A stretch of 63,968 nt of DNA, counting the filler, from Choristocarpus tenellus KU-1152 (lineage: Eukaryota; Protista; Phaeophyceae), in NCBI GenBank assembly GCA_964200185.2. It is 13 parts of 13 records of this genome, joined end to end, with 100 filler letters (N's around TTAATTAATTAA, not from the genome) between each part and the next. Parts side by side here need not be neighbours in the genome. Positions count along the whole stretch, not along the records: positions 11,444 to 24,418 come from CAXNAD020001626.1; positions 24,519 to 27,118 come from CAXNAD020026392.1; positions 27,219 to 29,832 come from CAXNAD020026261.1; 10 more parts are not named here. The stretch is one strand, 5' to 3'. Position numbers and translations under genes: made by a program. Positions 12,776 through 27,283 of the stretch are shown piece after piece; the first letter of the stretch is position 1; every line of letters begins with the position of its first letter. Under the pieces are notes generated by a model, which was not told the origin of the DNA, ran no database searches, and was given only the letters and a program-made list of their open reading frames with translations.

Positions 12776-15042
12776 GTGTGTCAGTATCCATCACATCCAC
12801 CTATTTCACTTTCATTTCTTTTGTTGTTGTGCAGATTGGAAAAGTTAAAAAAATGGGTAAGAAAGCCTTTAGAGAGTTTGGAGTGGAGAAACTGACAGAT
12901 GCTGATAGCTTTCTGCTCACTTTCCCCCATGACCTCAAGGTGAGCAAGCCATGCATAGTGAGGCGGTGAAACCCTCCTGCCTCCCCAACCTCATTAGGTA
13001 CTAGGGTTAGGGTTCAAGAAAAAGAGATAGAAAACGTTCCAGACAAAATACCTAGACAATGCACCGGTCTCTTTTTAGAATCCCATATTTTGAATGTCAC
13101 GAGATGGTTTGACTGTTATTTTTTTTTTTATCAATTCTTAAAAGTGCTTGAAACGTCAACCTGTCGTACAACACCTGATAGTGGTCAAGACCTACTTTGG
13201 AGTTCTATACTGTATGGCGTTGTCAAGAAATGGAAACACACAGAAGCAGTTTTGCTTGACTGATTTTTTAAAGGTCTACACTTCCGAAGAAACTCTTTTC
13301 TTCACCAAATGATACTAATAACATGAAATGTTGCACTTTTGTTTTTGCACCAATGTAATCCCATTATTAAAATTTTTCTGGAACAATGTCTTGCCTAATT
13401 GATTTTTTTTTTTTGGTGAGAATTGTGACATTTTTTGGGCTGATGGGAGTTGCCCCTTATATCCCCTATAACCCTTAACTGAGGCTGCAACACTCCCTTT
13501 TCATCGTTTTGGGTTCTGTGTGGTGTCAAGGTGCTAAATAATGCTTGCGTGAAAAGACAATATAATGTTCCTGTGTTGTTTGTGGTGATTGTTATCATCA
13601 AGATGCTTGTTTGAAAGGAGAAGTGAAAAATACCTGTTGTGAAATTCTTGCTGTTTGTGTTTGATAGTAAGGTGTGCCAATCAGGCAGCGGGCCAGAGGT
13701 GGTAGGTACCCTCAAGTACAAGAACCCACTGTAGTGTTCTAGAAAATTCTTGGAAGTACTTGGAATCACTAGAAGTTACAAGAGAGTACACTAAATTCAA
13801 TAACATAACCCTAACCCTGTACTGCCTATTGCCACAAGGTAGTGGTATTATATAGATACTGTTCATAGAGTCGTTTGTTTGTTGAGGAGCTGTGACAATA
13901 TATCCTGGCTGACATATATCCAGTCAAACTAGAGCTAGTCCCTAACTCATGAATGGAATAAATCGGTGACCTTTCTTATCCATGAGACTTGATACGGAGT
14001 CAACGTGTAAACAGTCATGAACTAGACCTGTTGGCACTAAGTTGAGGGACCATTGGTTTGATATGGCTTTGATAACTTTTGATGCAGGTTGAGACCAAGG
14101 CCACAACGTTGATGACTCTATTTCTCCTGGACTTCATGTTCTTTGAGGTGAGCATATGGAGGCATTAGTGGGGGCTGGAGGATTGCGTTAAGAAAATTGA
14201 TTGGGCTAAGAACAGGTTTGGGTGTTGGAAGTGCGATGTTTAGCTGGCCTTGGATTTGTGATGGTGCAGTCTTTGGTGATGATGCTGCGAGAGGATGTTT
14301 TCTTGTGATTTTTTCCAAATAGTGAGCTTGGTTAGAGTTTCTTAGAGTAGGGTCATTAAGTCGAATTGTAGATGAATGCCATTTGAATTGTAGAGCAATG
14401 TGTTCCTCGACCACAGATAGTACACTTCATTTGACTTGTCCGAGGACTCTTCAACCGTTGGTTATGAGTGATAAAAAAAAAATGGCAACATATTTTGCAA
14501 TTATGGCGGTGTGATTTGGACTTGACAGGTCATGTTTCAATGCACCTAAGCTTGGTACGGTTTGTAATACACTATTCTAATCTACCTCAATACTCCATGC
14601 CAAGATCACACCAAAATTCCGTTCCCCAATAGAACCTGTCCTAAGACAAGACTCACAGGACAGAAGGACAAAATCGAGATTGCTACTGCAATTGCTCACG
14701 CCACGTGCGTGCTATTTCAGCGACCCCTCAATCAGTTACGCCTGCCCATTGATTGTAGTACTCCTCCGTGCCGCCCTTGTGTGTATCGACCAACAGAGCG
14801 GCTCAAGCAATACAAATACAAACAAGATGTGCTCGTGCCATCTATGCACAATGTTCTTCTGCGGCTGCCCGATTTCGTTTAGCTGCAATGGGTGCGGTGG
14901 CCGGCCCAACCTGAACAAGAACAAGAAGAGTCCGAGCGCCAGTGAAGAGAAGGAGACTGTCAAGGAAGAGGAGAACAAGGAAGGGGAGGCGACTGAGAAA
15001 GGGGGAGAGGAAGCGCCGGTCCCAGAGAAGATAAACCGATGA
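11444..15042 (+). CDS. Phospholipid scramblase family protein (5' partial, 4 exons)
   Basis: Exons 11444-11614, 12835-12939, 14088-14147 and 14797-15042 join in phase 0 with GT-AG: IGRVTQPFCGGCCRPKLTI..IGKVKK..EKLTDADSFLLTFPHDLK-VETKATTLMTLFLLDFMFFE-..Cys-rich tail. Matches the scramblase TDAD.F...FP and KA.L....LDF motifs. Confidence 0.88.
11620..11790 (+). repeat. Telomere-like hexamer array (TTAGGG grading into TTGGGG/TTAGCG/TTAGTG) in scramblase intron
   Basis: Read directly; about 25 hexamer units starting a few bases after the splice donor. Confidence 0.9.
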
Positions 15043-18000
15043 CAATATAACTACCTGGAGTCTACATGTTGTTCTGTGTATCATTGGTGTACCGTTTCAT
15101 GTATCGTTTCATGTATCATTTCATGTCTCGTTTTGTGCCTCTTGTGCAGGCAAGTGTTTCCGTTAAAAAATGTGGGGTTGTGTTTATGGTGCTCCTTCTC
15201 ACAACCGCATTCAAGGGGGGGACCCCATCGATTTGGAGTATGACTACCCGTGCGAAGCTGTTTTATTGACCCTTGTGTTTTTCCTCGAAGGGGTCGGTAA
15301 AGAGACGTTGTGTGTGGTGTGCAGTTACGTTATTTGTTCCTCCTGACCGATTGTATTGATATTTTAAAGAGTTGGAGTAGAAGAGTTTACTTTGGAGAGT
15401 TTGGCTTTGACCAGCAGTCAGTCATGTTCTACTTAGATACATATCATTGTGTACAATGGTGTGTGATGTGAATCGATTGAAAATTTTGGTGCAATTGCCT
15501 CGATAATTAGGTAGAAGTCACTTTCTGTGAAAAGAGAATGCCCCCCTCCACATTAGGGGACATGCCTTTGTCAGAGCCTGGGGAAATGTCCTTGCAATAG
15601 GTACGGTTCGACGATTTTTTTTCTTCATAGGTGTTTATTATTTATTTGAACTTTATTTCAACATATTTTTGCATGTTTGGCTTGCTTGTAAGAGTCACCA
15701 AGTAAGGATGCCTTAGAACCTCCCTTCTTATGTCTGTTTTTATCTGTGAAAAGTGCTGCTTTGAATAGGACTCTGGCATGTTTACCTCAACGTGACGTAC
15801 TACTTCTGTGATGTGGCTCTCAGAGATTTGTTTTTACTGTCTGTTTCTTCTGGAAAAGAACATAATGTGTGGTAGGATCATACAGTTACTCTTGACTTAT
15901 CTTCAAGAGGAGGGAAGAAAACCCAATCGTTTTAGGCAGCAGGTTTTTACGTATTCAATGAAGTATGTATGCTGATTGGGTGTTATGAGTCATGTGACAG
16001 TGGTGATTCTTGGTGCACTGATGATGTTGTGATCACCTGTGCAAGGTATACGTGTAGCTCAAATCCCTGTCTTTTTATTGGCCAGCAATGTGACTTGTTA
16101 AGTTGTGGTTGGCACGAATATCCCTTCACCCTCCCCTACATATATCTTGACATTCAGTTTTGAAGTCATGGTACTTCAATTTTTTTTTGCTGCTGTGACC
16201 AACCCTCATCTCTGGTTTTGACATGTCACCAAAGTTTAGATGTTCAGAGTATGAGCATCAATACGGTGTCATGCAAGGGAATTTGATGTCATAGAGTGCA
16301 TGTGATGACAACCATCTCCTGTTCAGTATTTAGAATTGGTTGTGGAGTGATGGAAATACGGCAGATAGATGGTGTAATCGGAAGAGGTCCACACAATCCT
16401 ATCATACTCCAAGTTTTGATTTTTAACTTAGAGCCTTTAATTGGGAAGGATCAAACTTCCTTTGTGCTTGTCGACTTTGAACCAAAAGCTTTTTGCAGTT
16501 GGTACAGTAAGCGCACACTGTGTAAACAACTACATTACATCATGTGTAAGTGTATGGGCCTATGACTGCTGCAGGGCTCACCAAGATGCGAACAAGGATC
16601 ATTGTGTTCGTACTCCCACCCATTGAATCACTTGAAGGGATTGTATAAAAAAAGATGCGGTCATGGCTCATTTTTTGCGTTGTATCTCTCAAGTGAGACA
16701 AGTCACCTGCAATCAAACGCGAAACTGTTACAACCCATGTTTTAGCAGGTATGTGGGCTTTCCCCTGGTCAGCAAGCGACATATGGTAAGGGAAAAAAGC
16801 TCGGAGGTCCTGTTGCCTCCTAACCTAATGCATGCCAATCTCCTTACGCACAATTGTTCTTACTCCAGATACATGTGACTGTATGAATGCACTCTTACGA
16901 AGGGATTCACAACAGAATCAATAGTGGAAGGTACTGTCAGCCTTTGCGTATTTTGAATCTTTAATTGAATCTTGAATCTCTCTAGTCACCCTACGCTCAA
17001 AGATCTACAATTGAACTCCATGACCATCGTTGTATCTATCACCTACGCATATATGAGGAGAAATACCCGCTTCTCAGGTAAATTATGGATTAGGTTATGG
17101 TCAACCCTAATACCAAAACCTATTGGCATGAGGTTGAAGTGAAATTCTGTTCCCTGCTTGATCCACCATATCATTGGAACATTAGTTAACTCTAGCATTG
17201 GATAGAGATAACCAGACCCCTAATTCAATCTCTGTAGTCTAGGCAGCAACACCAACCACTATTCAGGGAGAATTTTGGAAGCACTCTGCCCAAGCTTGAT
17301 CATCTACTTGTGAATTTCATGATACTCCCAACAAAACTTTGACGTCATGGGCACCATCTTCCATCCAGGCTAGATTGGTCATGGTAACAACAGTTTGATG
17401 CTCAACACCTTCACAGCATTGCAGTCCTCCAGGAGTTGCTCAGTACCACGGAAAAGCTGTGGAAACATTGGGAAAGTGGGATCAGGGATGTGGTGGCAGG
17501 TGTGGATGCAGTATTAATGTTATGCAGAGTAGTCAGAGAGGAGGCAAGGGAGGAGTGTATGCCACGAGTGATACCCTGGAACAATTCAAATCCTCGAATT
17601 GAGAATGCATCCTAGGTCGTGTGATACGAATATCTTGTTTTGGTTATCATTTCTCCTGCCAGAGGCGGAATCATCCTTCGTCCCAATTAAAGAAAGGTAA
17701 CACTGAAATGTCTCATCTCTGTAAGCACCTGCTCACAAATTTACACCACTACGACTACAATACAAAGTCCATGGTAGCAATGTGCAATACCGAGATTGAA
17801 ATAGGTCAGCACAGTCAACGAGTAACACCATCAGCAACACACCTCCAACTGGTATGTTAACCACTCCAAGCGAGTCCCTCAATAGCCATGCCATCCTGTA
17901 GCAACAACGATCAACAATCAACGCTATCGGGAATTCAACTTGACCAACAGCAAACACAATAAACTTGACCACAGGCAGAACACACCAAACCCTATACGTA

Positions 18001-18107
18001 GGGGGCATGTATCCCCCCTTGCCTCAACTTAACTTGCCACCCTAAAGAGCACACAAACCTCAGCACAACCATTATAACCAGGGGCGTAAACAGCAACCAG
18101 GTCTTAC

Positions 18108-20032
18108 CTCCTACAACCAACATGTCAACAACTTTCCATCGAAGCTCCGCCTCTTTCTCAATGAAATCCCTCTGGAAGGCCAGGATGTAGTATGTAGCAC
18201 GAATATCATCCTCGGCTCCTTCAACCACCTCCCCGTCTCTGACAATGGGCATACAATCAAGAAAAGGATCACATCCTTAACCTAAAGTTTCATTCACAGC
18301 AAACACTAAGGGAGAAAATGAGACATATTTCTTAACTTACATACAAACAAAAAAACAATAACAATGTACCTAATGACGCCTTACATGGTTGTCTACTTGG
18401 AGCAACAAACCTTTGCCGTCGATATTCACAACTTGTTGCCTATAACCTTTCCATCATGACAGGTTTTCCATTGCAGAACTAAAATTCAAAGAAAAGAGTG
18501 GCTAAAAAAATTATTTCCTGTTAGCTGACAGTAGTTCCATACTTGGAAGGGATGGGGGGTTTGGGGATCATAAAAAATTCGTTGGAAACAACACAAATTT
18601 CTCCAGAAGGGGGCGGAAGAGGCACTGAACACAAACCCCAAATATATCAATAGTACACAGCACTCAATTTAATGAAGTGTAGAGCAACATATGCTCTCAC
18701 ACAGCCTTACGTTGAATCCTTACACACATATCCCCACTACATAGCTCACCTCTTAAAATAAGGATACCTCGCCACAACTTCTCCAGCCAGCTGTGGTGTA
18801 TTCATTTGCTTTAGATTGTATTATGACAACAGTATTGGAATATATTCCCGAAAGAGATAATATATATTCCTCACTCTGGAGAACATAATTAACCCTAACC
18901 CTTGAGAAAATAATAATAAGAATGTCTAATGACCTCGAGGTACTGGGCAAAAGACGAACCAGCCAAATGGAGGTTGAGGGTACCTCATGATCAGGGCACA
19001 AGCTTAGAATGGAGTGAAAAACAGCTCAGTCATGGTAAAAATAGGACATAAAAAACAAAATTACATATACCAGTGGAACAAATTAGAACCAATAAGATTA
19101 ATCCTTCACGCCACCACCCCTCCCATCCCACCCCATACCCTACATTAGCCAATCAATACAACTCTATAATCATCTGGACAAACACAAAGCAACAGAAAAA
19201 AGGCTGTTGGATTAGTGAATAGTGTCTCAGGGTTATGTCTACTTCTTGTCCTGTTGGCTGCAATTTCACCCCCCACCTATTCCGCACACAGTTGATCTGC
19301 TGGCACATGAACTGAAGGGCTACTGTTGGATTTCCTCTGTCAGCATCCATCTTGATGGCAAGCACTTCCGCCTGGCGTATGTCCAGCACATTAGGGTCCT
19401 GCATCAGAAGGAAAAAATAAAGGAAGGAAAGGTTACCAACGAAAAACAAAGCATCACAATTGTGTTTCATGTTAAAATAACCACACCAGGAGTGTTGTGT
19501 GTTGTGTGTGTGTGTGTGTTTAATGTGAAACATCAACTAACATCATCAGTACTGGACAAGCCATTGGCACTAGACATATCACAACATAATAACCACAGAA
19601 CATACTCAGTGTTCTAATGCACCTAGAGGCATGTTGAGAAGTGCAAAGTTGTGAGTTGCATCTTACAATTTTTTGCAAGTACCCTCGGGCAACATCAATG
19701 ATTTCACCTACTAACACCTACTATTTCACACACACTACGTTCAAAACAGTAACAGTAACAGTAACAGTAACCATAACAATAATAATAATAATTAACCATA
19801 ATAATAGTAAAAGTAAAAATAATCACCAATGAGAAGAGAGCAACGGCCTCACCAGCACCAAGCCTTCGGCTTTTCGCTGCGCGATTTCCGACTCGAGCTT
19901 TTTCCTGCAAGCCTCCCCAGTCCACTCCCTCAGCGTGTCTGCATCGCCCTAGTAGATCCAATGAACACACAAGATGCACAAGACAGAAGGAGCCAAAGTA
20001 ACTGAGAAGGGTTTGTGTATGTGTACGTGTGT

Positions 20033-20067
<35 letters not shown>

Positions 20068-23000
20068 TGTTATCACAACTGCTTTGACTCTGAAGGGCTA
20101 TTTTCAACATTGATTTAAAAAAAAAGGCAAATAAGTTTCAAAAATGATCATCTGTAAGGATAGCTTGCTTCTGAAAACTGAGCAAACCCATGAAACAGCC
20201 AGAATGCACTCCAAAACAGCTCTGAACTGAGTGCTCCAAAATCGTGTTCCACCATAAAACCAAGAGTGGCTCTTGAAACTCACCTGCACCCCCCTCTCTG
20301 TCACTTCAATTACAATGACTCCAGTGTTGATATTCAACCGGAAATAGAAACAAGTGTCATAACCCGCCATAACCCTCATTTAAAAATAATAATAGTGATA
20401 AAATATGGTGACATATTGCTGCTAACGCTAGCAATCATCATCCAAAGGAAAGCCACTCACACCACCCAGCCATTTCTTTCTTCAGTTTCATTATTGACAG
20501 TTACAATTGTGGCATGTACTGTTGTGCCTATGCAACAACACTTGATCCTTGAAAATCCCCCACGACAGAACATTCAGGACCTAGAAAATAACTTTTCCCA
20601 AACCCAACAGCAATCTACAACAATACAACTGTACATATAGCCCTGATCCCACTCCTAACCCTAACCCTACTAATATGAATAGTACAAATACTGTGTGGGG
20701 TAAGAGGCACCACATGGAAGCGAACAAACTACCTCCTCCTTGCGTATCAACAAACATTTATCTGAAACAGATATCTCACAGGACCGACACCTGAAGGGCA
20801 GGATAGACGCACTCCTTTCATACAGGATTCAACGTGAGAAAGCTCTATAGCTGTTTGTTTCTGTAGCCAATTCAATGAGCACACTGACTACTACAGAGTA
20901 CACAAAAAGGGCACTATTACAATCAGAATCAGGGTCAGGGTCAGGGGGGTCAGTGTAAGCAACACGCATTCATGCTATGGTGCAGGTATTAAAAATTGCT
21001 ATGACTACAAATTATTCGCTACAAAAACCTTTACTACTACATACTCCCTCTGTCCCATAGGTCTCAGCTTTGTGCACAGATATCTTCAAAATATTACTTC
21101 ATTTCAAAATGGTCGTGAAATCGTCCCCTAAACACAAACATTTTTTTCTTTTTTTCAGAAACAGCAAATTTAGCGAATTTAGCAAAAACCGACCAAAGGT
21201 GGCTGGCTAGAAATGATGGATAATCGACCATAACATCTCAATGAGACCTCCAACTAAGAGTCATATCCTCACCTCTAGGAATGCCTCCATGAACTCCGGC
21301 AAGAAGTGATCTGTCAAGTCACCCTTCCAGTCCTCAATGTTAAACCTTGGGTCCAGCCGCCTTAGTTCTCTGATCCCCACAGCCATTTCTGTCTCGGATG
21401 TGATACTATCCCAGGTAGAGGACAAGCTGTACACCAGGGGATGCTGCACGGGTCCACCGTTACACACGCATGTTACACACGCATGTTACTTCAGCTGTGA
21501 GGACTGTGAGATCGGTTGCACTGTCTGAGTTGGTACAGGGCAATACAATCACCTATTGATACACCAGATCGAATCAATCTTAGATCACAATCACAATCAC
21601 AATAACCTACAAAAACGAACTAGAACTCTGTACCAGAATATTACTATTGGAGACCAATATATATATATATATATATATATTATACACAACACTATCCATG
21701 AAACAGATTGCACTATCAACACAACTTGAAAAAAAACACTGGCATGGATACCACACACCAACAAAGTCAGATCACCCTCCATGCTAAATTCACACCTGAT
21801 ACAACCCCCATTCAAATATATTATTATAAAAAATAATAGATGTCCGTAAAATGAAAAAATGTAGCAGATATCAACTATCAACACAGACACAATACACTTC
21901 TTGTTTTATACTTCCCCTCAAAAATGAGTCTCCGTGACAGCTGAAAGTATCTTAGAGGGTACGAGGTTTGCCCTGCTTGCCCATTCGGGGCTTGGCTTCT
22001 CATGGGTTATTTGATGACATTTTGGTACTCCAAAACGTTTCGGAGTAGGTAAAATGTGTATGTTATGAAAAGGTGTGTCCAGGACATGGATATTGGCCCA
22101 CAAACGGACGCGGCTCCCCCCTCTAAGATACTTTGGTCTGATCCGTTAAGACACTCCCTGTTTTGTTTTCTGACAGGTAATGAATGAACAGAACATACCC
22201 ATGTACCCATGTACCCTTCCCCACTACATCGATGGATACAACACCAGTGCAAATCACAACTAAACAAGTATCACTATACCCCATAATTGGATACGCCGAA
22301 ACCCTTCCGACGATATCGCTACACAGTATCCCTCACATCGTTTCTCATCCAATAAAGAAAAGAAACAACTCCAAAGTAGACAGGTCACTCTCGCGTGTAA
22401 CTCTGTATATACCACGTCTCAAAACCTATAGAACCTAGCCCTAACCCTAACTCCCAACTCCAACCCTCACGCCACAGCTAACACCTATACAAATATGAAT
22501 AATACTACAATGCACATTGTTGCTGTACGAAATACCAAGCATCACCTGACTGGTTTCCCAGGCTTCTTGCACATCCTCCACCTTATCCTTGACCTTGTTT
22601 CTGGCAGCTTTCACAGAACGCCCAACGCTTCCATCGGCAACAACCCTGCCCGCCCCAAGGATATCCTGTATTATTATTATTATTATTAACGATAGCAGTG
22701 AAGTACAACACATTAATTTAATAATACAGTGCATATAGTTGGAGTCAGTACAACACAGTAGTGGAAAGTAGAAGTGGACTTTCACCGAAGAAAAACGCCA
22801 TGCAAGGTCAAGAAACTAAACACGCATGTTGAAGCGCTACATTGTACTTCAACGACACCATTAATACCAATACAACTATTTCCGGGAGCATCGTATGCCA
22901 CAGCACCATAAAATATTCTTATTAATAATTATAATAATAATATATTCCAGATCGGAGGGAAGCCTCCAAATCACACCCGGACGGTCTCTCTGAGATGGGA

Positions 23001-24006
23001 TGGGCACACCAAATGTTTTTTTCAGACACACAATCATGATCGGCCCCTAACAAAGATTTTGTTACCGGGTAACTGGTTATAGCTGCAGCGACATAGAGCC
23101 AGTTTATCATCAATATTGCATCCGATGGCGTGAAGGATTTCTTTTTCTAAAATCGCAGACAGAACCACCGTAAAGGAAAAATAAAAATAAAAATAAAGGA
23201 GTGTGTCGGTTTTTCTACATCCTTTGACGTTCCTAGACAGATAGAAACGAGTGCGATATGACAATTAACATTAATAGTCAAGTTAGTGACAATTAACACC
23301 AATAATTTTGTCTTCGAGTGATATGCTACTACTAGTGCTGCTTGTCTCTTGTTGTGTCCTCTTCCATCCTTTCCCTTTCCTGCTTCCCTTTACTCCCTCC
23401 ATGACAACATCTACCTGCGAAAATTCAGCAGGCAAAACACTTACTCAATAGCGAACAGTTAACAGTTACATGTATCCACTGATTCATAAACAGCAACCGG
23501 AAGAGATAAGTTAAAAAAAATAAAACAAAATGCACGAAGGGGTGTACTGCCCCATAGCCCTAACCCTCCCAATCCAATCCACACCACTCCTAATAATATC
23601 AAAACCAATCGTGCACAATAATATAACGTGTGCATGGGAACAGAAGATATGTACTACGAGTCTGTAGTCACGTCTCAATGCAACAAGCAGTCCACACTGC
23701 AGCGTATGGAGTATCTCAGGTGGGGGATACAGAAAAAATAATAATAATAATTACTACAACACCGAAGAGGGTGCTTGTCCTTTGTTGCACATGACTCACA
23801 TTCTATTTATTACAGCAACAGGCCAAGTGTGGTTTACTTCTCAACAGCTCAACGAAAAAAAGAAAAGCACAGTATGGGACACTATTTATTCCTTAACCTA
23901 CCAGGAATCTACACACAACCATTGCAGCAGTTGCAAAGCAGTGAATCAAGCATCTCACTCTTCTATACTCTCCATTACAGCAAGCACAACGCTAAACTGA
24001 TCTCAA

Positions 24007-24078
<72 letters not shown>

Positions 24079-24418
24079 AGACAAAAGTGAAACTTGAGGT
24101 AACTTTTTGTTAATGCTACAAACAGCAACTTTCCATCAAAACTAGTATTACATGAATCTCAGATCCATCACCCTACCAAAAACTTAATTTAATAGATTTC
24201 TACATTCAGTAACCTAGATACCATTTTTTATTTTCAACAATGCTTGTCTCTTGCCTGTATGACTGGAGCAACCTTCAGTCGCTCCTGAAGCCTTTCCCAA
24301 GCCTCTCCAGCAGTCTTTATTATCATCAGATCTCCAACCCCCCCCCCACGGCCCTCCTCCTCCTCCTCCTCCTCCCCCTCCCCACCCCCCTTCGAGGCGT
24401 CTTGCTTCTTTCTCTTGT
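18108..24418 (-). CDS. TIM44: Mitochondrial import inner membrane translocase subunit Tim44 (partial, 6 exons seen)
   Basis: Exons 24255-24418, 22546-22665, 21273-21443, 19853-19948, 19277-19398 and 18108-18238 join in frame: AWERLQERLKVAPVIQ-DILG..EAWETSQ-HPLVY..ETEMAVGIRELRRLDPRF..FLPEFMEAFLE-GDADTLREW..-DPNVLDI..QFMCQQINCVRNR-DGEVVEG.EDDI..WKVVDM. Last exon not pinned down. Confidence 0.92.
21940..22139. mobile_element. MITE family B (internally deleted) in Tim44 intron
   Basis: GAAAGTATCTTAGAGGGTACG ... CCCTCTAAGATACTTTGG. Confidence 0.85.
24007..24078 (+). repeat. (TAC)n microsatellite; other simple repeats at 12738 (TTA)n, 20036 (TG)n and 40297 (TAC)n
   Basis: Read directly. Confidence 0.95.
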
Positions 24419-24518
24419 NNNNNNNNNNNNNNNNNNNNNNNNNNNNNNNNNNNNNNNNNNNNTTAATTAATTAANNNNNNNNNNNNNNNNNNNNNNNNNN
24501 NNNNNNNNNNNNNNNNNN

Positions 24519-24545
24519 CCCCCCCTCCCCCAGATACTTTGGGTC
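24519..24545. mobile_element. MITE family A, end at contig start
   Basis: CCCCAGATACTTTGGGTC. Confidence 0.8.
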
Positions 24546-25549
24546 AATGAAGAAAAAAACGTACATTAGCAGTGTATCTTTGCATGATACAACTACCTGC
24601 AGGTATTTCTGGACTGGCACTCTGAAGGAGCTCTGCAAGTAGCAGAGAAAAGAAAAGGGAATGACTCCTCCCGGAGTATATTTTTGTTCTGAAAAATTTG
24701 ACACTAACACATTTCATTCTTGTGCTGTCTGCAAATTATAGAATAGAATGTAGGTATTAATTTCTTGTTCCCTTTTTTTGTTTGTTGAAAAAGCCGACTT
24801 CTTGGTGTAATACATGAATATAGTATGTTTTGAAATGTATTATTGAAGTATATGTGTATTGTTTTTTTTTGCTGTATGTGTATCATTGAAGTTCATGGAC
24901 ATGTCTGAAATTCCAGCAGCCCTCAAATTTTCTGTTTCCTCTTCTCATGTTCTAAGTTGAAGACAGTTTGTGTATTTATCCCTTTTCCAGGGAGGACATC
25001 ATTCACTTCAATGACTACTTCAACGCTTCTGACTGCATTCACCCCCCTTGATAATGGTTATGTAATCCATTCAGTCGTTCGACCAAACTACATACTAATA
25101 CAATAGAAGTGTTTTTTTGATGGAAGAATATACGTAAATATCTATCTCTCTATATATTTCAGTCGGAATCCATGATCAAGATAAGAAGGAAGTAGCCTTG
25201 GTGCGCGGTAAGGTCAATCACGGACGGAGAGCATGAACTTTATTTTTCAAAGGCAACTACTATGAGGTATTCATTTTTGTACTCTTCTCCTTGCACACAG
25301 TCAACAAGACGAGATGTACGGATGATAACTAGAACCACAAAGTGTTTAATTCTTGAGTTTAGTATATATACAACAGTCACCCAGGCAAGGTAGGACTGCT
25401 CAAGTAGTAAATAATTCTATGTGGCTTGAAATGGAGCAAGCAGTAGAGAAGAAGATGCATTCACGAACAGACAAGACAATTCTGGAGTCTATGTTTATTT
25501 CTATTTGTTCCTCCTACTTGTCGCCTACCCCCCTTACGCGAGATGGTGT

Positions 25550-25711
25550 GACTCGAAGCATCTGGGGTGTGTGTGCGAATGGACATAATGCATTTTTTGC
25601 GTGATTTGGTCACATGTGTTGGATGGATAATGTAAGTGCACTTTACCTGGTCAGGGCCCAAATGGACACCCAGGCGTAGACTCCCCTCCCCCCCCCCAGA
25701 TACTTTGAGCC
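25550..25711. mobile_element. MITE family A
   Basis: GACTCGAAGCATCTGGGG ... CCCAGATACTTTGAGCC. Confidence 0.85.
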
Positions 25712-26914
25712 TTTTTCTTGCTTGATGCTATCCTACCCTACTGTTGACACAAGCACCACTGCTGCTAGCTGTTCACACTTCGTTGACTGTAGGTAGGTAC
25801 TACCCTGTCTCTGCAAGCACATTTCAAGCACCCCAATTAATATTTGTACTATTACATGCAAGAGGAGCAGTACTTCAATCGAGTGTTTTTAGCAACGGTT
25901 GAAGTATACTATTCAATTGAAGTGTCCTCATCATACACCTACCCACCTCTCGATGAAAATCATTAATAATAATAACAATAACAATAATAATAATAATCAC
26001 ATATCGAGTACATCGATGATCAAGCTACAGCATGTATATTTTCCCGTACTTGATAATACATTATTATTACTACTGTTACTGTATAAATATAAATATCAGG
26101 CAGCTGCCGCCAAATCATGCACATCTTACTGCCCACTGCAAAATTATATGTACGTAAGAGTGGCAACTTACAAACGGCTATACGGCTTGACTATGAAAGA
26201 AACTGTCAACGATGATTTTATGTTGGCTTCGGCTTACAATGTTAAAAATAAACCTCATGCCGCCATATACCAACCACCTTTATCTTTCACACTACGTAGT
26301 CAGCGGCAGTCTTCAAGTTCTCTTGCCCACCCTTACATCATCCACCAACACACCACAGTCTCGAACAAACTGCGAAAGAAGAGGAGGAAGGACATGGCCC
26401 AAAATATGTTCATCGCATGAAAGATGTGCACAAAGGTTCACTGTGCCCTCTCAGCAATCATTGCCATTCTTCCATACTTGAGCACAGCACGACCTTCCTT
26501 TAGACTACTATCTCTAGGACACTCACTTCCCCACATTCTCAAAGCAACATGCCTCCTCTCCTCTTGATACACCCAGTAGCCCTAACCCTATCCCATCAAT
26601 CAACACAACAACATAAAAAACAAAAATATCCTTCGTTTTCTACTTCCAACAACACCCCTCACTTCACACACACACACACACACGTGTCGTCTGCTGTGGT
26701 TTACAACCACAGGTCCTCCATGGTGCCTTCTGTACAGAGCTCACACTCTTGCTAACGGCCTAGAGATCAAAAGGTTAAGAAAACAAGGGGGTAACCGTAC
26801 CACTTGCAAATATGAAACGCCTGCAATAGAAGAAATCAAACAAGGATCAAAGGTAGTATACTACAACAAGAGAGGGGTCTCTCTCATTCACAAAAGTCAT
26901 TCCATTCCCACTCT

Positions 26915-27016
26915 CTAGTAACCCGGTGGAAACGAACTGACGCTGGACAGATCCTGAACCTTCTCGCCCCCTCGCTGAAACTCAAGCTTCATCTTCAGCA
27001 TAATGTTCTTTTGACC
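26915..27016 (-). CDS. AP-1 complex gamma subunit (gamma-adaptin ear), terminal exon
   Basis: After a CAG acceptor: GQKNIMLKMKLEFQRGGEKVQDLSSVSSFPPGY*, resembling the GQK..M.+KL.Y...G..V......V..FP end of gamma-adaptins. Confidence 0.72.
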   Translation of the reverse strand, partial: GQKNIMLKMKLEFQRGGEKVQDLSSVSSFPPGY

Positions 27017-27283
27017 CTGAGCACGGACGCACAAGCGATGGGATGGGAAGCGGGGGGGGGGGGGGGGGGGAAAAAAAAAAAAAAAAAAAAAAAAGGAGGG
27101 GGGGGGGAAGGAAAAAAANNNNNNNNNNNNNNNNNNNNNNNNNNNNNNNNNNNNNNNNNNNNTTAATTAATTAANNNNNNNNNNNNNNNNNNNNNNNNNN
27201 NNNNNNNNNNNNNNNNNNGCAGCAGGATATGCAATGGTCAGGTCGGAAACTGTGAGTAAATGGGAGAGAGACTTCCTAACTAA

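Noticed and set aside
17860-17897. Candidate last exon of Tim44 (GWHGY*)
   Set aside because: Several acceptors are equally plausible and cannot be chosen without transcripts.
27052-27118. Poly-G/poly-A run as a retrocopy tail
   Set aside because: It is low-quality homopolymer sequence at a contig edge.
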